In this document: piece by piece, positions 32,101 to 44,394 of the stretch
Layout: each line of letters opens with the position of its first letter
How positions within the stretch are numbered: position 1 is the stretch's first letter
The notes under the pieces: model-generated
What the model saw: the letters and a program-made list of their open reading frames with translations, nothing else
Told to the model about the DNA's origin: nothing
The model's database searches: none
DNA from: Saprolegnia diclina VS20
Lineage: Eukaryota
Assembly (NCBI RefSeq): GCF_000281045.1
Contig: NW_008246096.1
Coordinates: 39,727-103,726 of the forward strand
Length of the DNA stretch: 64,000 bases
Direction of reading: 5' to 3'
Position numbers and translations under genes: made by a program

Positions 32101-34353
32101 CACCGACTGGACGCAAATGCCGACGCACTCTCGCCGTCCGAGGCCATGTTGCTGCTTGTGCACTCGCCGCAGTACCTCTCGCAGCTCAAGGCGCGTGCGA
32201 CGGAAGCCTCCAGCGACGCACTGGTCTTTGAGACGGACCCTGGCGACGACAATGACGGGGCGACGCAGCCTCTACCAGACGCGATCCGGCCATTTGCCAA
32301 CGCGGGGGGCGCGTTCCGTGTCGCCGCGCTGCAGAGCAGCAACGTCATGGACACGTACGTCAGCGCCAACTCGTGGGACGTGGCGCGCATTGCCGCCGGT
32401 ACGGTGTGCATGGCAGTCGACAAGGTGCTCCAAGGCGACTACAAGAACGCTGTCTGCTTGGTGCGACCGCCCGGTACGCTGTTTGCTATCATTTCTTGGT
32501 CGCAAAATGTCGATGACTAATATATATGGATAGGTCATCACGTCGGTCGGCATGGCCGGACACCAACGGCGTCGTCGTCGGGCTTTTGTCTCCTCAACAA
32601 TGTGGTGATTGGCGCGCTGCATGCTCGTATGCACCCGTCCGTGACGCGCGTCGCGGTGCTCGACTGGGACATTCACCACGGCAACGGCACGGAGGAGCTC
32701 CTTCGCGGCGACCCGCGCTCGTTCTTTTCATCGATCCACTTGTTTGTCGAACACTTTTTTCCTGGTACGGGCCCGACGGGGTCGGACGCCAACATTGTGA
32801 ACGTGGGGTTGACCGACACGGGGCTGGGCTCGGGTTCCGAGTACGACTAAGATCTATTGCGCAAGAGGATCTGAGATGCTTATCTGTAGGGCCTTCCGTG
32901 CGGCCCTGCGGGATACGGTGCTGCCTGCGATGGAAGCCTTCCAGCCCGATATAATCTTCATCTCGGCCGGCTTTGACGGCCATAAAGACGACATTATTGG
33001 CGGGCAAGCGGCCGTGGGGAAAAACTCGACGGCACCGGCCGGCTACGTGGAAGCGGTACTGACATGACGCTCATGGATCGTTGGAAATGGAAGGGATGGA
33101 CGTAGGACTATGCGTGGGCGACCAAAGAAGTGCTGGCACTCGCGGACCGGTGCTGCCACGGCCGCGTCATCTCGGTGCTCGAAGGCGGCTACGACGTCCG
33201 AGAGGAAACCAACTCGCTGGCCAAGTCGGTGGCTGCGCACATTGACGCGTTTTGCGACGTCGGTGACGACGAAGAAGAAGAAAAAGACGATGGCGAGGCC
33301 ATTGTCAAGACCGAAGTTGCGCCGACGTCGACGTCGAGTCGCTTGGCCGCGCTCTTGGCGCGCGAGATTGACGAGGATACGATCTTTATCGATGACGACG
33401 ACGACGAGGTGGCGCGCAAAACAATCGCGATCGCCATCAAGCGCGAAGCCCTCGCGGCGGCGGCACACGCGCCGATTCACGCGTCGCTCGCCTTGTCCAA
33501 CAACGAAGAAGATATTCCGACAACAGACACGGACGGAGCGCAGACGGTGGATGACGACGAACCTCGGGCCCACGACGCTGGAGCCAACGAGAGTCCCACC
33601 GAGTTATCTGGGAACGACGAAGCCACTGCCGTTGAGATGAGCTCAGACAACGTCCAAGAGGCCCCGGTGACGGATGATTTATCCACAGTCGAGGCTGCCG
33701 CTTTGGACGAGGCGGCTCCAGTTGCCGACGAGACGCCAGTCGCTGAAGCTACCGCAGCAGTCGAAGCAACATTGGTTGTCGCTGCTGCACCAGTGACGGA
33801 CGAAACGTTGGTTGCCGACGCTGCATCGGTGGTCGAAGCTGCATCGGTGGTCGAAGCTGCATCGGTGGTCGAAGTGGCTCCAGTAGCCGAAGCTGCGCCC
33901 GTGGTCGAAGCTGCGCCGGTGTTGGACGGCGCTCCAGTTGCCAACACTGTCGCGGTCGCTCACGCCGTCCCGGCACCTAACACTACAGCGACGAATGAAG
34001 CTACCTTGGTGGTCGAAAGCGCTTCAGCCGTGGTCGCTGCAACGGTCGTTGTTCCCGAAGCGCCGTCGGTGTTTGCTTCGATTGCCCAAGCTGCCCCGAC
34101 ACTTGCCCACGCCCCGATCGAGACCATGGAGATGGTCGAGAATGCGCCAATGGACGACGCTATGGAGGTGGTCGACGAGCCAATGGGCGACGCGTACGAG
34201 AGCGACACTGCGATGGACGTGCAAGTGCCGACGCCCGAGGCGATGGAGATTGTTGCCAACGACACGGGTGACGAAGACGTCGTCATGGACGGGACGCCCG
34301 ACGCCGCCGACGAGAACGAAGACATGGACGCTGGCTCTGAAGCGTCCATGTAG
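29177..34353 (+). CDS. Multidomain histone deacetylase: PHD finger + two AP2-like domains + class II-type HDAC + acidic tail, multi-exon
   Basis: PHD CTIC...LLCDGPNC...HTYCLDPPL..VP...FYCPAC; AP2 HLGEFESPEEAAEAYDRAA...LNFP; HDAC HPECPARL, RPPGHH, GFCLLNN, DWDIHHGNGT, FPGTG, SAGFDGH, LEGGY; consecutive same-strand ORFs are joined by short GT-AG introns. Confidence 0.82.
33820..33935 (+). repeat. Coding 18-nt tandem repeat (AASVVE/AAPVVE) in the HDAC acidic tail
   Basis: gctgcatcggtggtcgaa three times, followed by degenerate copies. Confidence 0.85.
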
Positions 34354-34887
34354 CCGTCTCGAGTTGGTTTATCCATCTCGACAAATATATATTTTCAACG
34401 ATCACTGTCATTCGCTCGATGAGGGGTAGGGGATACGTCGTTGGTCGATTCAGCCGCTGCGACACCACGCTATTAGAACAGAGCACGACAACACTAACGA
34501 GTAACTATGTACAAAATGTGTATGTACACAAATTATACTCATGATATAGCGAAATCTTGACAAACGGGCCACCCCCACTCTGACCAAGGCTTCGTTGAAC
34601 CCGGTTGTGTGCGTTTAGCCAAACAACCCAGCCACGGTCTCGCACCGCCACAACGCTGTCCTGTGCCTCTGTCCTATCCTGTTGAATCCAACAAGCGCTA
34701 GCATGCCACGCTTTCCATCATGACTCGAGTCGTCCAGGCCACCTCTTCGCCAGCGCCACGACGCACGTGGTGGTCTTTTGAGTTGCGTGCGATTAGTCAG
34801 CGGCGTGCGACAGGTCGAGAACCTCTACAATTTGATGCTTCTCGGATCCAAATCTACTCTCGAAAGCCGAATTCTCTTCTTCGCCGC

Positions 34888-35881
34888 ATGAACCTCTTCC
34901 AGAACGTCCGCGAGTACCTCACGCCGGTGCTGTCCGAGTCGGGCTTTGTGACCGACGGCGTGCTCACGCCCGAGGAGTTTGTCGCGGCTGGCGACCAGCT
35001 GTGCTACAAGTGCCCCACGTGGCGCTGGGAAGGCGGCGACGTCAGTGCCCGCAAGGCGTACCTGCCGCCGCACAAGCAGTTTTTGCGCACGACGGGCGTG
35101 CCTTGCCGGCGCCGCGTCACGTCGCTCGAGCAAGATTACGCCGGCGAGACGGCGCTGGCCGACGACGAAGACAGCGAGTGGCTCGCAACGCACAACAACA
35201 ATACGACTGCGCTCCACGACGACGACCAAGTCGAGCGGCTGCAGCACATCTCGCTCGACGCCGAGGCGCCGGCGACGGGCAGCGTCAACATTCTCAGCGC
35301 GCTCGTCGACGAGCACTTTCATATCACGTCATCGAATGACGCGGTGCCGGATCTGAGCTCGTTTGAAGACGCCGACAATATCGTTGAGGATGACGAGGCG
35401 GCGCTGACGTATATTGCAGCGACTGAGCCCGAGCCGCTTGAGACCGATGCGGATGGCAACCTCGTGTACACGCGCACGTACGACCTCTCGATCACGTACG
35501 ACAAGTACTACCGGACGCCGCGCGTGTGGCTGTTTGGGTACGAGGAGAGCGGCGCGCCGCTCAAGCCCGACGACATGCTCCAGGACATCATGCAGGTGCG
35601 CGCCATGGTTTCTTTATAAGTTGAGCTCAATGCGCGCGTGCTAGGACTATGCCAACAAGACGGTGACGCTTGACCCGCACCCGCACATGCCAGGTATCCC
35701 CCATGCGGCCATCCATCCGTGCCAGCACGGCGCCGTCATGAAGCGTATTGTGGCCAACCTCATGGGCGGCGGCAAGGAGATTCGCAGCGACCAGTACATG
35801 TTTATCTTTCTCAAGTTTCTCCAGTCGGTCATCCCCACAATCGACTACGACTACACGATGGAAGTCGAAGCCAAGTCGTAG
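34888..35881 (+). CDS. ATG3: Autophagy E2-like enzyme ATG3, 2 exons
   Basis: REYLTPVL..S.F...GVLTPEEFVAAGD.L..KCPTW.W, YLP..KQFL, RTYDLSITYDKYYRTPRVWL.GY, HPCQH, FLKFLQSVIPTIDYDYT. Confidence 0.95.
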
Positions 35882-35966
35882 ATCCCTTGGCTTTTGGTTG
35901 CCAGCCTCTTCGACCTTACACTGGAATATATACCGAAACGATCGTCTATACAGCGGTTTGAAAAGC

Positions 35967-36667
35967 TTACGCGGCCTGCACAGCGAGGTCGTCCAGTGCT
36001 TCTTGCACCCAGGCGCCGACAATGTTGGTCTTGGTCGCAAGGTAGTGGGCGTAGTGCGTGTGGAGGCACTTGACGGACGCGCGGTTGCGAATGCCCGCAA
36101 TGCCTACGTGCTTGAGCGCACGTTGCCAGCCCTTGGCCTCGACGATGGCCATGTCGCGGGGCGTCAGGAGCCCGTAGCGCAGGTCGGCGTAGCTCTGGTG
36201 CGCCATTGCCATGGCCTATACCACATCATAAGATGCCAGGTGATGGTACACAATCATACCTCGAGGTACTCGGGGTTGGACGTTAACCGCTCGGTGAAGA
36301 TATCGACGAACCCCATGCCTTCGAGCACCGACACCTTTTCCTTGAGCTCGGTTGACGCGAGCCAGAAGGTCGTCGGGAACGGCTCAATGTATGCGCGCTC
36401 GTGCTTCTTGTACGCGTCCATGCAGTTGCGCAGCGGGTAGAGTTTGAGGACCGCGGGCTCGTGGCCGTGCTCGTCGCTCTCGTGGAACGCGGCGACCGTG
36501 ATGAGGTTCGTGGGCACGTAGCCGAGGTTACGCTCGATGGCGCCGAGCGTCGCCGTGTCGGTCACCTTGGACGGCACGCCGTCGAACGTGGTTGTGTCCA
36601 TCGGCGTCTCCTGCGCCGGCGGCTGCGCGACGTCGCCCAGGCTCAGAAACACGCCATGCTCGTCCAT
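35967..36667 (-). CDS. DUF501-family protein, 2 exons
   Basis: PFPTTFWL...L...VS.LE..G, AH.SY...R, GIAGI.....VKCLHTHYAHYLA...N.VG; intron near 36216-36258. Confidence 0.8.
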
Positions 36668-37241
36668 GTTGCAAAATCAACCAAGGAGTGGACATCGGCA
36701 ACATTTTTCAGCCAATGGCATCGCTGCGCTTGTTGAGCGGTAGCCAATCAAATCGTGCGATAGAGATGTTTTGATACACGCCTCAGTGTCACTGCCATGA
36801 ACAACCTTTCAACTTCGAGCGGAATCAGCGGGCCCATACAAAGTATTCTGCGATAAGCTCACTCTATGAATGAACGCGTAGTCCATTCCCTCGTCTGGCA
36901 GCTCAAGATCATGAACATGGGCGACCTCAGCATCTGCAAAACACAACACCGGCAGCACAGAGCAGTCTTGAGAGCTCTGTGCAAATGATCTGTCGCAACA
37001 TTGGTTCACTCTTCTGAATACTCCCAGGCTTAGGGTGTGCCGATAAGATAATATTATGTGATGTGAGAGCAATGTAAGAACGGCAACTAGTACATGCCGG
37101 TGCTGTGCACCCAGTGCGCGAGCAATTTCATGCCGCTTCTACTATCAGAACGTAGCGTGAAATCTAACTTATAGATTGCGAAGAACCGATTATCGCTCCC
37201 GCCAATCACATCTTGCGGTCCTATTGATAGGACGACCCGGA

Positions 37242-40200
37242 ATGGAGACGGCAGCCAAGAAGTACGTGGCACTCCTCGCACAGGCAGAGCCTGTTTTGCT
37301 CGACTCTGCGGCACAGTGGACGGATGACACCAAGATGCAAACTCTTCTGCGGCACAAGCTGCTTCCAGGACTTCAAGCAGGCTTGCAAGCAAAGAACACG
37401 AGTCTCTTCGCACTCACGCGCGCGCTTTGCATCAGTGCGTCGTTCGTACAGGCGTTGGTGCGTCCACTGCTGCGAAAAATCTGTGACGAGACGAGTAGAC
37501 GACCTGCGACGGGCTTCTCATGGAGCTAACGAGCCAGCTATCGCTGCCTTCCGTCGTATCACGCCCGGAATTGGCGGTATCCGTTTACTCGAGTCGTTGG
37601 GCCATTTGACCAACAAGTCTTGGGATTAGGTTTGCGTAGCACATGTCTTCTACGTCGTCGCTCGCGCCGTCAACCAAAGCTCGAGCACAGAGAAGCGCGT
37701 TCGGGCGGCTTTGTTTTCCGGTCTTTTAACCCTCTGGCCAGTACACGACCTGTACCTAATCTTGGCTATCGAATGGGGTACCATAGATGCTCAACTCTAC
37801 AGAAAAAAGCGTGTCGGGTGCAGTGGCCCCTCTTCAAGAAGCAACACTAGCCTTGGCCATCGAGGCGCTCGCCTTGGCACCGACGCAAGAGGCACAGAGC
37901 GCTCTAGTGACCGAGATGGCTGACGCCATCACGTCACTGCAGCTTGTCTCACCGTGGAGTACTTGCGTCGAGCCCAACGTCTGCTTCTATTTGTATCTGT
38001 TGGTGCTTTCGCCGCACCTTTTAAGCACGAAGGAAGCGCCAGCACTGCTCGCTTCCTGGCTCACAGGCCTCGACACGGAAGCCTCAAATGACGTTTCTGC
38101 CGCGGGCCTTGTTCGTCCGATGCAGTGGCCATCGTCGCTGCCGTTCGCAGTCAATGTCCAGGGCAAGAGCTTTCTTGAAACCATTGGCACAGCAGCCTCG
38201 AGGTCGGAGCTTGCGGCGTGGCCCTCGCTCTCCCACTTGTGGGGCCTGCTTCTCCTTCCGTTTGTGTCGGACGAGTCGTGGTGGTCGCTCGCTGCCATGC
38301 TTTGCAGCTACATTGCTTGCCATGATCCCCCGCAATTGGACGATTCAGTGCTCTTGACGACGATCGCAAACCGGTTTGCATCAACTGCACCGGGCAAGCG
38401 ACCCAAACGACTTGGCAGCGTGGCAAAGCTCGTTCAAGCCTACAACCTGGCGTCTCTCGTCCCGGCAACGATATCGCTCGATGCGCTTGTGCTGGCTGCT
38501 CTTTTTCAAGCGACCTCCGACGCGGTGGGTTCAATTCCACGCTCTGAATCTTTTTCATGTTGAACGCAGATGACAGCAGCAAATGTAGCTCTCTCGGTCC
38601 GTGACGCGTCCGCACTCTTGTGCATTGTGCACTTGTGTTGCCGAGGCTCACCTCACATGCCCGTCGTCACCCTCTTCTCAAACAGTAGTGCATCGCTGCC
38701 CGCGAGTGTCTTGATCGGCGTGTGTGAGACGCTGCAGCTACTTGTGGACCCGCCCGCGCCGTACCAAACCCGCGTGATTCTCAGCGATGACTTGGCGGCA
38801 CTCGCAGCGACAACAGTGCGCTTTCTCCTCGGCCCACCTCCGAGCCCAGCGAGCGGCTTGGAGCTCTGGCGACTGCTTTTGGTGCTGCTGCACCAGCCAG
38901 CGTATCCTTGGGCGTCGACATCGAATGTTCGTACCCCTCTAATAAGATGGATTCGACTGCAATAAGCTGACCTCTTGCTATGTAGAAATCGATCCTCGAC
39001 GCATGCCTCTCCGCTCTCAGCTTGGCCCATCGCGACGAGCAGGAGAATACCATCTATTGCGTCTGGGCCCGTGTCTTGCAAAACTCCAAAGACATGACGT
39101 CGTCACATGACGTCCGCAACGCGCTGCAGCACCTTCTCGAGATGTTGCCACATGCGCTAGGTACCGCGCCGGCATCGGCCATCGTGGCGCGTCTCGCTGT
39201 CGCTGCGCACCACGCACCATCGTACGACCTTTGTAGGATATAGCTTGTGCAGCACGTTGGCTTAGGTTTCCAGATATGCGTATATTGGCGCTTTCGGTCG
39301 TCAACGCAGGAATGGAATGGATGCTGTGGTCCTTTGCGTACCCTGCGGCGCCACCAATGGTCCTCTTCCCGTTCGCAGCATCTTCGACAGAACCGGACGA
39401 CCTTGAAGATGCGCGACAGAGTCTTTACGACAAATCGCTCGAGCTCGCGACGCCCTTGTCTCGTGCTACTAGTACAGAGCTGCCGGCATGCAGTCCACTG
39501 AAAGACGCAACGACGTATCTCTTGGCTCGTGGAGACGTTCCGACTGATGTCACTGCGGCCAGTGCTTTCGTCTTTCATTTGCTGCGTGCGATTAGCCTCG
39601 CCACGATCCACGACTCCTCGTTCTCCCATGTCCTTTTGCCTTTACTGCGGTCGCTACGACTGGTCTGTGCGCTGCCATATGTGGCGCTTCGAGACCCGGT
39701 GTTTGTTGTGGATCTCGTGCACACTCTGATGTTAATTGTCGACTTGCGCTCAAGAGACGCTGATAATGACTGCGCTAGGCTAGTCGCCGAGGGTACTCGA
39801 CGCTTCGAAGCGCCGACAGCCATGGAAGAGCCTGTGACGGCGTGGCATCGCTGCGGACGGTTGTTTCGCTTGTATGCATCCATCTTTCGACGCGTCGAGG
39901 AGGGCGAGCTCCCGCCGTCAACTGACCTCGTTCGGATGCTTTGCACGGCACTTCTTCCGTGCGTCAAGGCCCTCGGGCTCTTCAAGGCTTCGGGCGGACG
40001 CTGGAAACGGGACTACAATATCGTATTGCAACGGCTCGTAAGAAGTCTGACGTGGAGCCTGGCAGCTGTCACCTCCGAGGATGTGACGGCACTTGCGGCG
40101 CTCCTGCTGCAGCTTTTGGTACACGATAGCGAAGGAAGATAGATGCATGCTCATCGAGGCGAGGTAGACCGTGATTGCGAGCAAATTTATCGTGCAAGCA

Positions 40201-40506
40201 AGAGTGCTATTTCGAAGCCACGTGCCGCAGCTGGTCGGCCTCCTCGGGCATGCAGATGGAAGCGACAGACCGAGTTTCGTCATCGATGTCCTTGACCTGC
40301 TTCGGTTCACAGCCATGCCAACCCAAGCGTACAAACACCTCGTCATTTCGACCACTGTGTGACGCGTATGGTGAATGTGGTGTAGAGAGCTCACAGCGGC
40401 CATGCGGCAGCCTTTGAAGGAAGCGACAGCATTGCTCGTACCACCGATGCAACACGCCATCTCGAGTGCCTACTTGGCCTACTTGGAGTCGACGCTTCCC
40501 ATCTAG
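37242..40506 (+). CDS. Large Leu/Ala-rich helical protein of unknown function, multi-exon (boundaries approximate)
   Basis: Chain of same-strand ORFs (37242, 37787, 38570, 39022, 39276, 40171) separated by intron-sized gaps; no family motif recognised. Confidence 0.5.
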
Positions 40507-40586
40507 CGCTGCAGAAAGCAAACTGAGTAGAAGACAATAAGGTCGTCGATTTCGACGTGGTTGGAACGCTCATGTCGAGAACGACA

Positions 40587-41349
40587 CTACGGCGTGCAAG
40601 TCGGGGGCACGTACGGCGTCCAAACGTCGTCCGGCGCCGCACCTTGCTTGCACGTGACTTTGGCAGCGAGCGCCTTGACGACGCCAACGCAAGGGTCGAC
40701 GAAGAGTGCGTTCTGAGCCGGGACTGCACAGGAGCCTTGGCCGACGCAGAGTTGCGTCAAGACGCTGGCACTCGACGATGCGTGGCACCACCCGTTGGTG
40801 TAGCCGGCCGTGGGCAACCCGTACGACGCATAGTCGACGCTCGAAATGACGTAGCCATTCGCGCACTTGAGGTTCAGCGTCTCGTGCTCGGCGACATAAG
40901 CCCACGTCTGGTATGTCGGCGCCGCAGTGCACTCGGCGGTGACCGTCAGCTGCTTGGTAGTGCCCGGGCACGGATCGCCGCCAAAGTTGCTATTGGAGTA
41001 GATGATTACACTTCAGGGGAGAATGCCTGCGGTCGTACCCGTTGTTGACGGCCACGCTGCAGGCCTGCAATTTAGCGCACGCGCTGGTGACGACCTTTTC
41101 AGACACCCCCGAATAGCACGTGCCAAACTTGGCGCCGAGGCCACTGCCGCTCGGCGTGCCGTATGAGGCAAAAATAACGCGCGAGATCTGCAGTGTCGGG
41201 CTGCCGCAGTCCAAGCTCATCGTCGCGCTGTTGCCTTGCGTCGTTGTTTGCGTTAAAAGCGTCGCGCCCGACGTCAGAGTCAGCGGGGGGGTCGACGGGG
41301 CCGTCGGTGCGGGCGGCGGGGGTGGCGGGGACGAGTTGTTGTTGCCCAT
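40587..41349 (-). CDS. Tandem SUEL/rhamnose-galactose-binding lectin domain protein with MGNNNSS + polyproline N-terminus, 2 exons
   Basis: Two domains L.C....I..V.(F/Y)ASYG.P...C........V....C.....C.V...N..F.DPC.G..K.L.....C; intron near 40990-41038; Inr-like GCTCATTTTACCTTTT just upstream of the ATG. Confidence 0.85.
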
Positions 41350-41569
41350 TGACCGAGAGTGCAAAAGGTAAAATGAGCTCTGTCGTGAGAGCGCGCAAAG
41401 CCAAGATACATCTCATTGCATCTTTGTATGCTCGTCTTTGTTCGAACCATTTGCAATAGTTGGCGGCTCGTATCTTTCGAGATTTGAATGTTTTCAGGAT
41501 ATAAATGACGCGTTTTCATTGGTGGAAAACATCCCCTTTTCAGCCAATCCGATTCTCGATTAGACGACG

Positions 41570-43840
41570 ATGGACGAAATCCGGGCGCTCCAGCGCCAGC
41601 TTGCGGCCGCGCAGGAGACCAAGGAGGGCAATCTCAAGCTCTCGGAGCGCCACGTCGTCGACCTCGTCCTCAAGATGCAGCAGCTCGGGAAGCTCGACGT
41701 CATCTTCACGCGCAGTGCTAACGCGATGCTGACGCCCCGCCAGCTGCGCCACGAGGTGGCCGACGCGCTGCTCAACCACATGGGCCGCGTCTCGATTGGC
41801 GACCTCTGCGCGACGACCAACGTCGACATGGCGTACGTCGAGAAGGCATGCGCAGACCTCGCCTCCGAGAGCGTCGGGCGAGACCGCGTCACCGTGATGG
41901 GCGACGAGGTGTTCACCGAGTGGTACCTCGATGGCATCATGGAGGACATGAACGAAGTCCTCCACGAGCATGGTCATGTACGCTGCCAACGCCCGATGCA
42001 TGCATGCTCATATTCGGTTCTAGGTGACGATCGGTGACTTGGCGCAGCAGTATGGCTTTCCGGTCGACTTTATGATGGCGGTCATCACCCCTCGCCTTGG
42101 CACGCTCATCCATGCGCATGCCAAAGGCAACAGCTTGTACACGGAAGCTTACGTCGAGCGTCAAGTCGCCCAGATCCGTGGGTCGTTTTCCGGCATTACG
42201 CGCCCGACAGCGATCCCCGAGGTTCCTTTTCGTGAGCCAAACGCCGAGCGACTCATGCGCATGTCTAGATCGTAGCGGCGACAGGTATGGACGAGCGACT
42301 CGTTACCGATACCGTGACCGACCTCATCGCAAAGAACGTGCTCCGAGGCTCGCTCCGCGGCCGCGAGTACGTCCCCACCATCTTCGTGGACGTCCAGCGG
42401 GCGAACGTCGATGCATTCTTTGGCGCGAACGGGTACCTCTTCCATGATATGGCGTCCCAGCTCCACATTGCGCGGCCCCTGGAGTTTCTCAAGCGCAGCT
42501 TTCCGCATGTCATTGCGCTCACGGACGTGGTTGTTGCTGACGCCTTCCTTGCGACGCTGGAGGGCGCCATCGACGCTGCCTGCACGGAAGTCTCGTGGGT
42601 CGATGCGCGCACGGTCTTGCCGCCGGCGCTGCCGGATCGCAGTGTCGCCGAGCTTGTGGCGCGCACAACGCGCCTGTCGATGCGCAAGCAGTCGCCCGCC
42701 GTCGCGATCGCGTCCGTGTACGTGGCCAGCCGCGGCTTCTTGAGCGCAGTGCACGACAAGTTTGCCGAGCACGCGGCGGCGCAAGCAGCGCGTTTGGCCG
42801 CCGAGACAGTGCGGCACAAGATCCAAGGACGCAAGGTCGACGTCAAGGCGAAGTTCACCAAGGGCAAGCATTTCATGCATTCCAATGACGACGGCGAGAG
42901 TGACGCGTCGAGCGGTGTCCCGTCGACCGAGGCCATGGCAGAGCTTGTTGTCAAGTGGTTTGAAGAGTGTGAAGATGATGACGCGTTTGTCGCGGGGCTC
43001 GTCTCGGAGCTGCGACCCCGCGTCTTGTACGAAGCTGCAGCTGCCAAGGCGCTCTCGGCGATTCACCGCGGCGGGTCGTCGACCAAGCAAGAGCTTGACA
43101 GCATATTTGAAGATCGTTTCGACGCGCTGTACGTTCAGCTGCTCTGCTTGTCCAAAGGCTGGCATAAGCTCTCGGTCCTCGTGCGTGCGAATGCCGAGAT
43201 CCACAGCGTGGAAGACTATCTTTTGGCCACGACGGCGTTGGATCTGTGCAACCTCGTGTTATCGTTTGTACAAGACGCGTACGAAGTCTGCGATTTGGTT
43301 GGCGTTGCGCTTCTCGTACCCGAGCGCGACGGAACGCCGGTGCCTCGCTTGACGCAGCTCAGTCTGGACAACCAGAAAGCGCTCCAGAAAAGCACTTCGT
43401 TTGCATCAGCAATCGAGACGATGTGGGCGCTGGCGACGGGCGACAGCCAATCGGTCGTCGATTTTGTGCGCCACATGTCTGTCCTCGCCGATGCACTCAA
43501 CATGCCGCTGCGCAAGTGCGACCGAAAGAAGGAACGCGCGCTTCTGACTGCCCGCAAAACCGCACTGGAGCAGCAGCTCCAGAACGCCGACAAAGACTGC
43601 TTGGCGCTTCTGGCGCTCGTGTCCCAAGGTATCTTTACGACTGTGACCAACCTCGCACTTGATTTTCCTCCACATGGAATGCCCACGGTCTTGCCTGCAC
43701 TTTGTGACGCTTTTCAGAGCAGCGTGCCGGCTGAGACAATGGAATGGCTTCTCTCGCTGCTGAAGAACCAAGGCGATCTGACGACAGCCGACGTCACTCG
43801 CCTCCAGACACTCGCGACATCAAAAACACTCTTGGTCTAA
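41570..43840 (+). CDS. UFL1: E3 UFM1-protein ligase 1, 3 exons
   Basis: MDEIRALQRQLAAAQ....KLSERHVVDLV.K....LDVIFT...TP.QL..E....L...GRV, LYTEAYV......IRG....ITRPT, YVP.IF...Q...V..FF..NGY. Confidence 0.9.
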
Positions 43841-44394
43841 CCCAATAGTGACATTTTGATCTGATCCTATCGAGATGATCGGGAACTAGTACCATGCAAT
43901 TAGATAGCACACTGTACACTGCAATTGTGGGGCCGTTGCGTCAAGCAAGGAGCGCGCGTGGTCTATTGCGGGACTGAGAGGAACGGAGTAGTGCCAAAGA
44001 GGGTTGTCGCCGAGAGCGAAGGGAACCAGACGACGTAGTTGGCGTCAATACGCCCTCTATTGATGGGCTTGCGCGTTTGTCGCGCTCACTTTGCATCGCT
44101 ATGAGTCCATGATATTCCTCCGTCGTGGGACAGCCCGCAACTCATACAGGTTAGCGGCGCTCGACGACCAACACAGCGCCTTGCTTGTAATTACCAATGA
44201 ACAGTCGGCACGACATGGAACTATAGTACGCCAATTGCCATAGGATCGACCACCACAAAGCTCGACACGCGCCCGTGCGCACCGCTGGCGGTGCAATGCA
44301 ACCATATGGACTGTCCGCCATAGACATTGGTGTGATCACAGATGAAGTCAATTTGAGTCATTCGTACAGTGACGTGCTAATCACATAACAGATA

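Noticed and set aside
33820..33935. CRISPR-like array
   Set aside because: Head-to-tail 18-nt coding repeats without unique spacers, in a eukaryotic gene.
11154..36667. Bacterial contamination or operon explaining lpxK, sfsA and DUF501
   Set aside because: All three have GT-AG introns and host-like codon usage and are interleaved with eukaryotic genes.
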